The notes beneath the pieces were generated by a model. It was not told the DNA's origin. It did no database searches and saw only the letters and a program-made list of their open reading frames with translations. Both the position numbers and the translations under genes were made by a program. Shown piece by piece: positions 30,461 through 39,915 of a DNA stretch of 64,000 nucleotides (within the stretch, counting starts at the first letter, position 1; each line of letters starts with the position of its first letter). This DNA is from Burkholderiaceae bacterium (GTDB taxonomy: Bacteria; Pseudomonadota; Gammaproteobacteria; Burkholderiales; Burkholderiaceae_C), in contig JAIEMS010000012.1 in NCBI GenBank assembly GCA_019751915.1, positions 59,582 through 123,581 of the forward strand. Direction: 5' to 3'.

Positions 30461-30556
30461 CACGCGCTGTTTGCGGGGCACATGTTGCTGGTAACAGGCG
30501 CAGGTGGTAACCGCTGCATCCCTCCCTGTTTTTCTTCACTTCCTGGAGTTTTTACC

Positions 30557-31543
30557 ATGAGCAAAGCACCCGTTCGCGTGGCCGTCACCGGCGCAGCAGG
30601 TCAAATCGGTTACGCCCTGTTGTTCCGCATCGCCTCCGGCGAAATGCTGGGCAAAGACCAGCCCGTCATCTTGCAACTGCTCGAAATCCCGGACGAAAAG
30701 GCCCAAAACGCGCTCAAAGGCGTGATTATGGAACTCGAAGACTGCGCTTTCCCGCTGCTGGCCGGTATCGAAGCCCACTCTGATCCTCTGCAAGCCTTCA
30801 AGGACACAGACTACGCTTTGCTGGTCGGTGCCCGTCCCCGTGGCCCTGGCATGGAACGCGCCGACCTGTTGGCCGCCAACGCTGCCATCTTTACCGTGCA
30901 AGGCAAGGCACTCAATGCCGTGGCTTCGCGCAACGTCAAGGTGCTGGTGGTCGGCAACCCTGCCAACACCAATGCTTACATCGCCATGAAGTCGGCTCCT
31001 GATCTGCCAGCGAAGAACTTCACTGCCATGTTGCGTCTGGACCACAACCGTGCTGCTTCGCAAATCGCTGCCAAGACTGGCACCGCCGTCGGCGATATCC
31101 GCAAGTTGACCGTGTGGGGCAACCACTCGCCCACCATGTACGCTGACTACCGTTTTGCCAGCATCAACGGTGCATCGGTCAAAGAAACCATCAACGACCA
31201 AGTCTGGAATGCAGACACCTTCTTGCCCACCGTTGGCAAGCGCGGTGCCGCCATCATTGCTGCACGTGGTTTGTCGTCGGCTGCTTCGGCTGCCAACGCC
31301 GCTATCGACCACATCCGTGACTGGGCTTTGGGTTCAAACGGCGAATGGGTCACCATGGGCGTGCCTTCCAACGGCGAATACGGCATTCCTGCCGGCATCG
31401 TGTTTGGCTTTCCTGTGACCACCGAAAACGGCGAATACAAAATCGTCGAAGGTCTGGAAATCGATGCCTTCTCGCAAGAACGCATCAACATCACTTTGGC
31501 TGAGCTGCAAGGCGAAGCCGACGGCGTTAAGCACCTGCTGTAA
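30557..31543 (+). CDS. mdh: Malate dehydrogenase (LDH-unlike, 328 aa type)
   Basis: Starts [35 protein letters not shown] at 30557 with CTGGAG upstream. The ORF-track N-terminal extension is rejected. Confidence 0.96.
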   Translation: MSKAPVRVAVTGAAGQIGYALLFRIASGEMLGKDQPVILQLLEIPDEKAQNALKGVIMELEDCAFPLLAGIEAHSDPLQAFKDTDYALLVGARPRGPGMERADLLAANAAIFTVQGKALNAVASRNVKVLVVGNPANTNAYIAMKSAPDLPAKNFTAMLRLDHNRAASQIAAKTGTAVGDIRKLTVWGNHSPTMYADYRFASINGASVKETINDQVWNADTFLPTVGKRGAAIIAARGLSSAASAANAAIDHIRDWALGSNGEWVTMGVPSNGEYGIPAGIVFGFPVTTENGEYKIVEGLEIDAFSQERINITLAELQGEADGVKHLL

Positions 31544-31627
31544 GCGTCCCTGACAGTGCAAGCCCAGACACTTTAATCTGCTCTGGGCCTGTGCTGCCCC
31601 TCTTTTTTTGCCTGCGCTTTTGATTCC

Positions 31628-32617
31628 ATGACACATCCCCGCGACGTACTTCTGGGTGCCCAAGCGCAGGCAAGCTTCCTGCCGGTCTGTGACCATTACA
31701 GCGGCGTTGAAGCACGAATGCGAAAAAGCCTGCAATTGCAGGCCGAAATGACCCAAGAGTTTGGAACGTGCGTCTTTGATGTCACGCTCGATTGTGAAGA
31801 TGGCGCTCCCGTTGGGGGTGAAGCACAGCACGCTGCGTTGGTAGCAGCCTTGGCCCGCGATGCCGCACCAGATGCCCGCGTCGCCGCCCGAGTTCACCCT
31901 GTCGACCACCCCGCTTTTGCCAACGACATCGCCACCATTGCAGGCGAAGCCGGCCACCGGTTGTGCCACATCATGTTGCCCAAGGTCGAGTCGGTAGACG
32001 ACGTACTTTTGGCCGAAAAAGCCCTCCAGCGCGCATCTGCCAATCATTTGGCGCTACAAGTTTTGATTGAATCGCCTGCTGCGGTTCACCGTGCCTTTGA
32101 GATCGCGGCACACCCGCGCGTGCAAAGCCTGAGCTTTGGTTTGATGGATTTTGTCTCAGCCCATGGCGGTGCGATTCCGGCCTCAGGCATGACATCCGCC
32201 GGGCAATTCAACCACCCGCTGGTGGTGCGAGCCAAACTCGAAATCGCCTCTGCCTGCCACGCCCACGGCAAAGTACCGTCACACTGTGTTGTGACCGAAT
32301 TTAGCGACACCACAGCCATGCAGTCTGCTGCCAGCCGCGCTGCCCGCGAGCTAGGCTATACACGGATGTGGAGCATTCACCCCGCACAAATTCGACCTAT
32401 TCTGGCAGCCTTTGCGCCAGCACAAGACGAGATTGAAGCTGCTTCAAAAATCATAGCAGCAGCTGCAGATGCAGACTGGGCTCCGATCAGTTTTGAGGGT
32501 GTATTGCACGACCGTGCTAGTTACCGTTACTTCTGGCAGGTGCTCGAGCGAGCACACCAAACCGGGCAAGCTTTGCCGATTGCGGTACAACACTGGCTTA
32601 CACCCCTTCATTCCTGA
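31628..32617 (+). CDS. HpcH/HpaI aldolase / citrate lyase beta (CitE)-like, probable acyl-CoA lyase
   Basis: 329 aa with DCEDGAP, RVHPV, MLPKVES and ESPAAV motifs typical of CitE/malyl-CoA lyase-like proteins. Confidence 0.8.
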   Translation: MTHPRDVLLGAQAQASFLPVCDHYSGVEARMRKSLQLQAEMTQEFGTCVFDVTLDCEDGAPVGGEAQHAALVAALARDAAPDARVAARVHPVDHPAFANDIATIAGEAGHRLCHIMLPKVESVDDVLLAEKALQRASANHLALQVLIESPAAVHRAFEIAAHPRVQSLSFGLMDFVSAHGGAIPASGMTSAGQFNHPLVVRAKLEIASACHAHGKVPSHCVVTEFSDTTAMQSAASRAARELGYTRMWSIHPAQIRPILAAFAPAQDEIEAASKIIAAAADADWAPISFEGVLHDRASYRYFWQVLERAHQTGQALPIAVQHWLTPLHS

Positions 32618-32644
32618 TCTGATTTCTCCGCTGGAGTTGTTCCC

Positions 32645-33295
32645 ATGAAAAACCTGCTTATCTCTACCGTGTTGGCTTTAGCACCAGCACTTGTTTTGGC
32701 ACAAACGGCCGCGCAAAAGCCACCAGCTTCAGCCAAAAAAGCAAAAACCAGCGTCGATCGAGCTGCCGCCAAGGCCGCCACCGCCAAGGCAACCAAAGCG
32801 GCGAAAGCCCGTGCCGATCAAAAAACAATGGTCGCTAAAGCAGAAACCACTCCACGCTCCACTGCCCTGAAAACCGCTGCGGGTTTGGCTGCTGCAGGCA
32901 CGGTGGCGGCAGGTGTCGCTAGTGCCGGTGCGCTGTCTCCCCAAGAACTGGCGATTGCCGAAAATGTCCATATTGGCAATATTCCCTGCGAACTGGGTGC
33001 TTCGGTGCGCGTCATGCCCGACACCCAATCGCCCGGACACTTCCATATCGACGGCAAGGGCTTTAAATACCACATGGCCCCCGTAGCCACCAGCACCGGC
33101 ACCGTGCGTTTAGAAGACCAAAAAGCCGGTGCGGTTTGGTTGCAAATTGCCAACAAATCGATGCTCATGGACCAAAAACGCGGTCAACGTCTGGCCGATG
33201 AATGCATGAGTCCCGCCCAAGTAGCGGTAGCCGAATCGATCAAAAAGAATCCTCCCCCTAGCGTGCTCGACGCACACCCCAACACTGCCCAATGA
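32645..33295 (+). CDS. Hypothetical secreted protein (signal peptide, Ala/Lys-rich region, Cys-containing C-terminal domain)
   Basis: Signal peptide [20 protein letters not shown], then a histone-H1-like AKKAKTS...[20 protein letters not shown] stretch, then a C-terminal domain of about 110 aa with two Cys. Confidence 0.6.
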   Translation: MKNLLISTVLALAPALVLAQTAAQKPPASAKKAKTSVDRAAAKAATAKATKAAKARADQKTMVAKAETTPRSTALKTAAGLAAAGTVAAGVASAGALSPQELAIAENVHIGNIPCELGASVRVMPDTQSPGHFHIDGKGFKYHMAPVATSTGTVRLEDQKAGAVWLQIANKSMLMDQKRGQRLADECMSPAQVAVAESIKKNPPPSVLDAHPNTAQ

Positions 33296-33353
33296 GGCAG
33301 ATGCGGACACGCAAGTTACCTATCGCCCACTTCAGAAACCACCGGAGAAAAAT

Positions 33354-35945
33354 ATGTTGAAAGCCTACCGTGACCACGTAGCCGAGCGCGCTGCACTGGG
33401 TATCCCACCCTTGCCGCTGGATGCCCAACAAGTGGCCGATCTGATCGAGCTGATCAAGAACCCACCTGCTGGTGAAGATGCCTTCTTGCTCGACCTGCTC
33501 ACGCACCGCATTCCCCCTGGTGTGGACGATGCTGCCAAAGTCAAAGCCAGCTTCTTGGCTGCCGTGGCCCATGGCGATATCGCTCTGCCGCTGATTTCCA
33601 AGGCCAAGGCTACTGAACTGTTGGGCACTATGGTGGGCGGCTACAACGTCCACCCACTGATTGAGCTGCTGGACGATGCCGATGTGGCCGCCGTAGCCGC
33701 TGAAGCCCTGAAAAAGACCCTCTTGATGTTCGACTTCTTCAACGATGTCGCCACCAAAGCCAAAGCGGGTAACGCCAAAGCCAACGAAGTGATGCAAAGC
33801 TGGGCCAATGCCGAGTGGTTCACTAGCCGCCCTGAAGTTGAAAAGAAAATCACTGTCACCGTATTCAAGGTGCCCGGTGAAACCAACACCGACGACCTGT
33901 CACCTGCTCCCGATGCTTGGAGCCGCCCTGACATTCCATTGCACTACTTGGCCATGCTGAAAAACACCCGCGAAGGTGCAGCATTCAAGCCCGAAGAAGA
34001 TGGCAAGCGCGGCCCGATGCAGTTCATCGACGACCTGAAGAAAAAGGGCAACCTGGTAGCCTACGTTGGCGATGTGGTCGGCACAGGCTCTTCGCGTAAA
34101 TCGGCCACCAACAGCGTGATCTGGGCAACCGGTGCCGACATTCCGTTTGTGCCCAACAAGCGTTTTGGCGGTGTCACTTTGGGTGGCAAGATTGCCCCCA
34201 TCTTCTTCAACACCCAAGAAGACTCCGGCTCGCTGCCGATTGAAGTCGATGTCAGCAAGCTCGAAATGGGCGATGTCATTGATGTGTTGCCCTACGACGG
34301 CAAAATCGTCAAAAACGGCGAAGTCGTTGCCGAATTCGCACTCAAGAGCGATGTGCTGCTGGACGAAGTGCGCGCTGGTGGCCGTATCAACCTCATCATT
34401 GGCCGTGGTTTGACTTCGAAGGCCCGTGAATTCTTGGGCCTGCCCGCCTCGACACTGTTCCGCCTGCCCACGCCTCCAGCAGCAACCAAGGCTGGTTTCA
34501 CACTGGCACAAAAGATGGTTGGTCGCGCAGTGGGCTTGCCAGAAGGTCAAGGTGTGCGTCCCGGTACTTACTGCGAACCCAAGATGACAACCGTTGGTTC
34601 GCAAGACACCACCGGCCCTATGACCCGCGACGAGCTGAAAGACTTGGCTTGCTTGGGCTTCTCAGCCGACTTGGTGATGCAATCGTTCTGCCACACTGCT
34701 GCTTATCCTAAGCCAGTCGATGTCAAGACCCACCGCGAACTGCCTGCTTTCATCAGCAACCGTGGCGGTGTGGCCCTGCGTCCGGGCGATGGCGTGATTC
34801 ACAGCTGGCTCAACCGCCTGCTGTTGCCCGATACCGTGGGCACTGGTGGTGACTCACACACCCGCTTCCCGATTGGTATTTCGTTCCCTGCCGGTTCTGG
34901 CTTGGTGGCCTTTGGTGCAGCCACTGGCGTGATGCCACTGGATATGCCTGAATCGGTGCTGGTGCGCTTTAAGGGCGAAATGCAGCCCGGCGTAACTTTG
35001 CGTGACTTGGTGCATGCCATTCCGTTGTACGCTATCAAGGCCGGTCTTTTGACCGTCGCCAAGGCCGGCAAGATTAACGTTTTCTCGGGCCGTGTCCTTG
35101 AAATCGAAGGTCTGCCAGATCTGAAAGTGGAACAAGCTTTTGAATTGTCGGATGCTTCTGCCGAACGTTCCGCTGCGGGCTGCACCATCAAGCTCAATCC
35201 TGAGCCAGTGCAGGAATACTTGAAGTCGAACATCGTTCTGATGAAGAACATGATCGCTGATGGCTACGCTGATCCCAAGACTCTGGCCCGCCGTATCGAA
35301 AAAGTTGAAGCATGGCTGGCCAACCCCAACCTGCTCGAAGCCGACAAGGATGCCGAATACGCTGCTGTCATCGAAATTGATCTGGCCGACATCAAGGAAC
35401 CCATCGTTTGCTGTCCGAACGATCCCGATGATGCCAAGTTCCTGTCCGAAGTGGCGGGAACGAAGATTGATGAGTCTTTCATCGGTTCGTGCATGACCAA
35501 CATCGGTCACTTCCGCGCTGCAGCCAAGCTGCTGGGCGGTCAGCGTGACCTTCCGGTCAAAATGTGGGTCGCTCCTCCGACCAAGATGGACCAAAACGAA
35601 TTGGTCAAGGAAGGGCTTTATTCAGCGTTTGGCACATCCGGTGCCCGCACCGAAATGCCTGGCTGTTCGCTGTGCATGGGCAACCAAGCCCAAGTGCGCG
35701 AAGGCGCTACCGTGATCTCCACTTCGACACGCAACTTCCCGAACCGCTTGGGCAAGAATACCAACGTGTTCTTGGGTTCTGCTGAACTGGCAGCCATTGC
35801 GTCTAAGCTGGGCAAGCTGCCTACTGTGGCCGAGTACCACGAAGCCATGGGCGTGGTCAATAAAGACGGGGCTTCTATCTACAAGTACCTGAACTTCAAT
35901 CAAATCCCAGAGTACGCTGACGTTGCCAAAGGCGTTGTTGCGTAA
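33354..35945 (+). CDS. acnB: Aconitate hydratase B (bifunctional aconitase 2 / 2-methylisocitrate dehydratase)
   Basis: 863 aa, starting [22 protein letters not shown], then cluster-binding motifs [12 protein letters not shown] and [10 protein letters not shown]. Confidence 0.96.
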   Translation: MLKAYRDHVAERAALGIPPLPLDAQQVADLIELIKNPPAGEDAFLLDLLTHRIPPGVDDAAKVKASFLAAVAHGDIALPLISKAKATELLGTMVGGYNVHPLIELLDDADVAAVAAEALKKTLLMFDFFNDVATKAKAGNAKANEVMQSWANAEWFTSRPEVEKKITVTVFKVPGETNTDDLSPAPDAWSRPDIPLHYLAMLKNTREGAAFKPEEDGKRGPMQFIDDLKKKGNLVAYVGDVVGTGSSRKSATNSVIWATGADIPFVPNKRFGGVTLGGKIAPIFFNTQEDSGSLPIEVDVSKLEMGDVIDVLPYDGKIVKNGEVVAEFALKSDVLLDEVRAGGRINLIIGRGLTSKAREFLGLPASTLFRLPTPPAATKAGFTLAQKMVGRAVGLPEGQGVRPGTYCEPKMTTVGSQDTTGPMTRDELKDLACLGFSADLVMQSFCHTAAYPKPVDVKTHRELPAFISNRGGVALRPGDGVIHSWLNRLLLPDTVGTGGDSHTRFPIGISFPAGSGLVAFGAATGVMPLDMPESVLVRFKGEMQPGVTLRDLVHAIPLYAIKAGLLTVAKAGKINVFSGRVLEIEGLPDLKVEQAFELSDASAERSAAGCTIKLNPEPVQEYLKSNIVLMKNMIADGYADPKTLARRIEKVEAWLANPNLLEADKDAEYAAVIEIDLADIKEPIVCCPNDPDDAKFLSEVAGTKIDESFIGSCMTNIGHFRAAAKLLGGQRDLPVKMWVAPPTKMDQNELVKEGLYSAFGTSGARTEMPGCSLCMGNQAQVREGATVISTSTRNFPNRLGKNTNVFLGSAELAAIASKLGKLPTVAEYHEAMGVVNKDGASIYKYLNFNQIPEYADVAKGVVA

Positions 35946-35971
35946 TTAGACTGTAGAAGTCCATCCAGGTT

Positions 35972-36006
35972 AATGCCAGTCAGTTAAAAGCTGACTGGCA
36001 TTTTTA
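35972..36006 (+). terminator. Rho-independent terminator of acnB
   Basis: A 10-bp perfect stem, TGCCAGTCAG (35974-35983) with CTGACTGGCA (35991-36000), loop TTAAAAG, followed by TTTTT. Confidence 0.85.
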
Positions 36007-36070
36007 TTGGGCATTTGATGGGTCTTACGGATGGATTACCCACCGCCCGATGACCTTTTGATCGCACATT

Positions 36071-36087
36071 GCTACTATTTTCATAGC
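36071..36087. repeat. 17-nt palindromic interspersed motif (downstream of the acnB terminator)
   Basis: GCTACTATTTTCATAGC. Confidence 0.5.
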
Positions 36088-36632
36088 TACTTCGGCCCGT
36101 CTTGCAGGGGCTATCAGCGATTTATTCCGATCAAAAGCCCCCAGCTCGTTCCACGCCCTACAGAAATTCGACCGCAGAAGTTCAAGTGTGGCGCTGGTTT
36201 TTGGTAGCCAACCAGCTCAATCCCTAGGCTACCATGGACAAATAGAGTTACATAAAAAAATTCTTAACGATGATTTATGTATCGGTTTACTGAAAAGTTT
36301 GCTCCCTCGCTTCCACAAAAACCTCCAAGGGCAAATTTGTAACTTCACCAACGGGTGCTAAAAGTTGCAAGGCATGGCACGCTCGCCCAATCCCTTGAAG
36401 CAACGCCTCTGTGCTTCGACATCACCGCATCCGGTAGCACTCACCCCGTTGTGCACAGCTTCACTTGCCCATTGATGTGCTGCTGTAAGGCCCTACTCGG
36501 GCACAGATCAGGCCAGACTGCTTGATGCGAGAACCTTTGACGGGCTGTTATTCAACAACACCATCTTGGCCTGTTTGGGCCTATCAAAGATCGGGTTTTC
36601 CCTTATTTTTAGAAAAAGCGATACAAAAAATA

Positions 36633-36661
36633 TTGCTAAACATTTTTTTATGTGACATTAT
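36633..36661 (+). promoter_or_regulatory. Putative sigma-70 promoter for the di-iron oxygenase gene
   Basis: TTGCTA, a 17-nt spacer, then (TGa)CATTAT. The surroundings are AT-rich, so false positives are likely. Confidence 0.3.
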
Positions 36662-36671
36662 TTGCCTGTTC

Positions 36672-36688
36672 CCATCTGAATTAGATGG
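36672..36688. promoter_or_regulatory. 17-nt palindrome CCATCTGAATTAGATGG just downstream of the putative -10 box (candidate operator or 5'-UTR hairpin)
   Basis: 6-bp perfect arms CCATCT/AGATGG around GAATT. It lies 35 nt upstream of the AGGAGG-ATG of the oxygenase gene. Confidence 0.35.
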
Positions 36689-36723
36689 ACACACAACCTG
36701 ATCAAGCAACCAGAGGAGGCGAT

Positions 36724-37752
36724 ATGGCGACAAACAAGGAACGCTTTGCGGACAAGATGGAATTTCCGCCAGCAATTGAGCAACCTAACGTTTACCCACT
36801 GTCATGGGAAAACAAAACTGCCAAGTTGCAAGAGGTGTGGGATGCATCTCTGCGCGAGAACTGGGATCCTGAAAAATTACCTTGGGATACGCTCGACGTA
36901 GAGAGCTACTCTTGGGAAGAGCGTGAATCTATCGCTTACTGGTGGAGTTTGCTGTCGGTGTTTGATGCATCAGCCCCACCGGTTTTTGCTGAAGCACTGA
37001 TCAAGACTTATGAAGTGCACGAAGAAGACTTGGTGCGCCGCTGCTTCTTCTCTGTCACCCGCGACGAGCAGAACCATGAAATCATGTGCGGTCTGGCCAT
37101 CACCAAAATGCTTGGTCACCCAGATCCAATTACCTATGAGCCAAAGACCGAACTTGGAAAGCGGCTCCAAAAGAATGTCAAATGGCTGTATTTCAACGGC
37201 TCGCGCTACTGGACTGGTTACAAAAAGGCCGTTCCAAAGTACGACTTGGCTGTGCTTTTCAGCTCCTTCCTGATGGGGGAAATGGCTGCAGCAACGATCT
37301 TCAAACAAATGTTCGACAATTCTCGCGAGGCTGTCTTCAAGGAAGGCTTCAAGAATATTGGTCGTGATGAAGGTCGTCACATGGCCATTTGCATGGCCGT
37401 AATGGAGCGCGACTACCCCGGTCTGCAAGAAGAAACCAAAGCCATCGTCACCAAGCAAATTCGTGCCGGTTACCTGTTCCTGTCCGCAGTGCTGTTTGAG
37501 CCGCCCATGGAATTCTGGGATCTGCCAGAAGACTTCATCGCAAACCAACGTGAAGCCGAAGAAATTGCACGACTGGCAGGCTTTGGTGTGCCAACCTACG
37601 AAACGAAAAAAGAGAACTGGCGCAATGCAATGCTCGGCCTGAAAGTCGTGCTTGATCGCTACAACATTCCGTTTCCTGCAATTCCTGAAGTCGGCATCAG
37701 CGGCCAAGAGATCTCCGACATTGAAATGGACGACATCATTCCAGTGTTTTAA
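36724..37752 (+). CDS. Ferritin-like carboxylate-bridged di-iron oxygenase, subfamily and substrate unknown
   Basis: 342 aa from ATG 36724, with AGGAGG 4 nt upstream. It has two E...ExxH half-sites: FAEAL...SVTRDEQNHEIM and LMGEMAAATIF...IGRDEGRHMAI. It is co-oriented with a reductase gene. Confidence 0.75.
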   Translation: MATNKERFADKMEFPPAIEQPNVYPLSWENKTAKLQEVWDASLRENWDPEKLPWDTLDVESYSWEERESIAYWWSLLSVFDASAPPVFAEALIKTYEVHEEDLVRRCFFSVTRDEQNHEIMCGLAITKMLGHPDPITYEPKTELGKRLQKNVKWLYFNGSRYWTGYKKAVPKYDLAVLFSSFLMGEMAAATIFKQMFDNSREAVFKEGFKNIGRDEGRHMAICMAVMERDYPGLQEETKAIVTKQIRAGYLFLSAVLFEPPMEFWDLPEDFIANQREAEEIARLAGFGVPTYETKKENWRNAMLGLKVVLDRYNIPFPAIPEVGISGQEISDIEMDDIIPVF

Positions 37753-37845
37753 TCAACTTGGGCTAGTTTAGTTCGTCTTGTTGGCCGATTTTCCACTTGG
37801 AGGATCGGCCTTCGTGCAATCAAGAAACCAATAAATAGGATAAAA

Positions 37846-38862
37846 ATGGCTCGTATTGTGATGCAGCCTTCGGGCCAATCGGTGGCATGTGCTGCAGGTG
37901 ACACTGTGTTGATGGGGCTTGAAAAAGCAGGCTATGCCTTGCCTAACAACTGCCGTGCAGGTGCCTGTGGAGAGTGCAAGGTCAAAGTCATTTCGGGTCA
38001 ATTCGACCAAGGAATGGTTTTGGACATGGCTCTTTCACCCGAAGAGCGTCGGCAAGGCTTTGGTTTGATGTGCATGGCTAAACCGATTTCTGAGGAATTG
38101 GTGATCGAATGGGGCACCGAAGACGCTAAACCCAAATTATTTCCTCCGCGCGAATCGGTTTTGTTTGTACTCACCGATAAACGCCAGATCGCCAACCGTG
38201 TCGTTGAATTGCACTTGCGCCCGGTCGGTCAGCCTATTCGCTATTGGCCCGGCCAGTATGTGACTATCGGTAATCCACATGCAAACGTGCCCGCGCGTGC
38301 CTACTCCATCTCCAACGCACCGCGCCCTGATGGTGAGCTAGTCCTCCAAGTAGCGCGTGCCGAAGGTGGAATCACAAGCCAATGGATTCATGACCGCCTG
38401 CAGGTCGGTGAGAATCTGAAAGTGTCAGGTGCCTACGGTACTTTTATCGGCGATCCATCCGTGGACACCCCGGTACTTTGTTTGGCTGCAGGTACCGGTT
38501 TAGCTCCGATTTTGGCGCTGGCCGAGGCTGCGTTGCGACGCGGTTTCAAGAAACCGGTAACCATGGTTTTTTCTGCTAGAACCCGTGACGATATTTACAG
38601 TCAAGGCTTGATGGCTTGGTGGCGAACCAAGCACCGCAACTTTGATTACAAGATTACCTTGACACGTGAACAGAGCGCAGATCACTTGGCTGGCAGAATA
38701 GATGTCGCTTTGCCAAAACTGTTTACGAACCTCTCAAATCACACCATTTTTATTGCTGGCAGTCCCGAGTTTGTCGCGACCTGCGTAGAAACTGTCATGC
38801 AGCTGGGTGGGAAAAAAGAACTTATCCACACTGAAGGTTTCTTCGCCCAACAGAGTGCGTGA
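37846..38862 (+). CDS. [2Fe-2S] ferredoxin--FAD/NAD(P)H oxidoreductase fusion (BenC/MmoC/TmoF/AscD-type electron-transfer component)
   Basis: 338 aa with N-terminal CRAGACGECKV...C (plant-type 2Fe-2S), RAYSISN (RxYS FAD site), LCLAAGTGLAPI (NAD(P)H site) and a C-terminal HTEGFF. Confidence 0.88.
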   Translation: MARIVMQPSGQSVACAAGDTVLMGLEKAGYALPNNCRAGACGECKVKVISGQFDQGMVLDMALSPEERRQGFGLMCMAKPISEELVIEWGTEDAKPKLFPPRESVLFVLTDKRQIANRVVELHLRPVGQPIRYWPGQYVTIGNPHANVPARAYSISNAPRPDGELVLQVARAEGGITSQWIHDRLQVGENLKVSGAYGTFIGDPSVDTPVLCLAAGTGLAPILALAEAALRRGFKKPVTMVFSARTRDDIYSQGLMAWWRTKHRNFDYKITLTREQSADHLAGRIDVALPKLFTNLSNHTIFIAGSPEFVATCVETVMQLGGKKELIHTEGFFAQQSA

Positions 38863-38904
38863 TGGTCAAGTAAGCTGTTAAGCCCACTTTGCGCCCAATG
38901 CATG

Positions 38905-38943
38905 AAACAAAAAGGGAGCGTGTCAAAAACGCTCCCTTTTTTA
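38905..38943. terminator. Bidirectional rho-independent terminator between the reductase gene and hflC
   Basis: Stem AAAGGGAGCG (38911-38920) with CGCTCCCTTT (38930-38939). An A-run lies on the 5' side and a T-run on the 3' side, so it should work for both convergent transcripts. Confidence 0.8.
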
Positions 38944-39000
38944 CTTGAGACCCACGAGGGGCTTAATGGACTGGCATCACGCCAAATCGACTACAGCTTA

Positions 39001-39906
39001 CTAAGGCTTACGTACAGCAGTTTGACCAGACATCCCACCACGGAATGACTTGAAGAACTCAGATGAAGCAGGATCAACCACCACCACATCACCCTTCTTA
39101 TTAAAGCTGGATTTGTACGCTTCTAGGCTACGGTAAAACTGTGCAAATTGTGGGTCACGGCCAAACGCCTCCGCATAAATGTGTGCAGCCTGAGCATCCC
39201 CAGCACCCTTGACCTTCTGGGCATCGCGGTAGGCATTGGCGATAGCGATTTCACGCTGACGATCTGCATCAGCACGAATTTTCTCCCCTTCTGCTGCCCC
39301 AGTCGAACGCAGCTCATTAGCAACACGCTTGCGCTCCGCTTCCATCCGGCGATAAACAGATTCTGTAATTGCCTCAACGTAATCAACCCGAGTGATACGA
39401 ACATCCACCACATCAACGCCCCAAGGCTTAGCACCGCGCACCTTTTCAAGGACTTCACGCTTGACATCAGCCATCAATGCCTCACGCTTAAGAGAGAGCA
39501 GCTCCTTCACCGTATGCTTATTAATCTCTTCTTGAAAAGCGTTGCGCACTACCCGGTTAAGTTGCAAGGCACCTGCGTTTTCGTCCAACCCAACATTACG
39601 GATGAACTCTGATGGCTCACTGATGCGCCAGCGGACATACCAATCGATCACAACGCGCTGCTTCTCCGCCGTTAACATAGGCTCAGCATCGGTACTGTCA
39701 AGCGTTAGCAACCGTTTATCGATGTATGACACATTCTGAAAAGGTGGAGGCAACTTGAAATTCAAGCCTGGCTCTGTAATAACTTCCTTGATTTGCCCTA
39801 GGGCATAGACCACACCAAACTGGCGTTGATCGACCACAAACAGCATGGAGCTAGCCAAAGCCAGCGCAACAAGAATCGAAGATGCAAAAAATCCAACCCG
39901 GTTCAC
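39001..39906 (-). CDS. hflC: Protease modulator HflC
   Basis: 301 aa with an N-terminal TM and an SPFH/band-7 domain; follows hflK. Confidence 0.93.
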   Translation of the reverse strand: MNRVGFFASSILVALALASSMLFVVDQRQFGVVYALGQIKEVITEPGLNFKLPPPFQNVSYIDKRLLTLDSTDAEPMLTAEKQRVVIDWYVRWRISEPSEFIRNVGLDENAGALQLNRVVRNAFQEEINKHTVKELLSLKREALMADVKREVLEKVRGAKPWGVDVVDVRITRVDYVEAITESVYRRMEAERKRVANELRSTGAAEGEKIRADADRQREIAIANAYRDAQKVKGAGDAQAAHIYAEAFGRDPQFAQFYRSLEAYKSSFNKKGDVVVVDPASSEFFKSFRGGMSGQTAVRKP

Positions 39907-39915
39907 ATGACTCTC

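Noticed and set aside
36375-36389. Possible sigma-54 promoter (TGGCAC) in the oxygenase leader
   Set aside because: The -24 element TGGCAC is present. The -12 position, five nt downstream, reads CCCA instead of TTGC(A/T), and there is no enhancer-binding-protein gene nearby.
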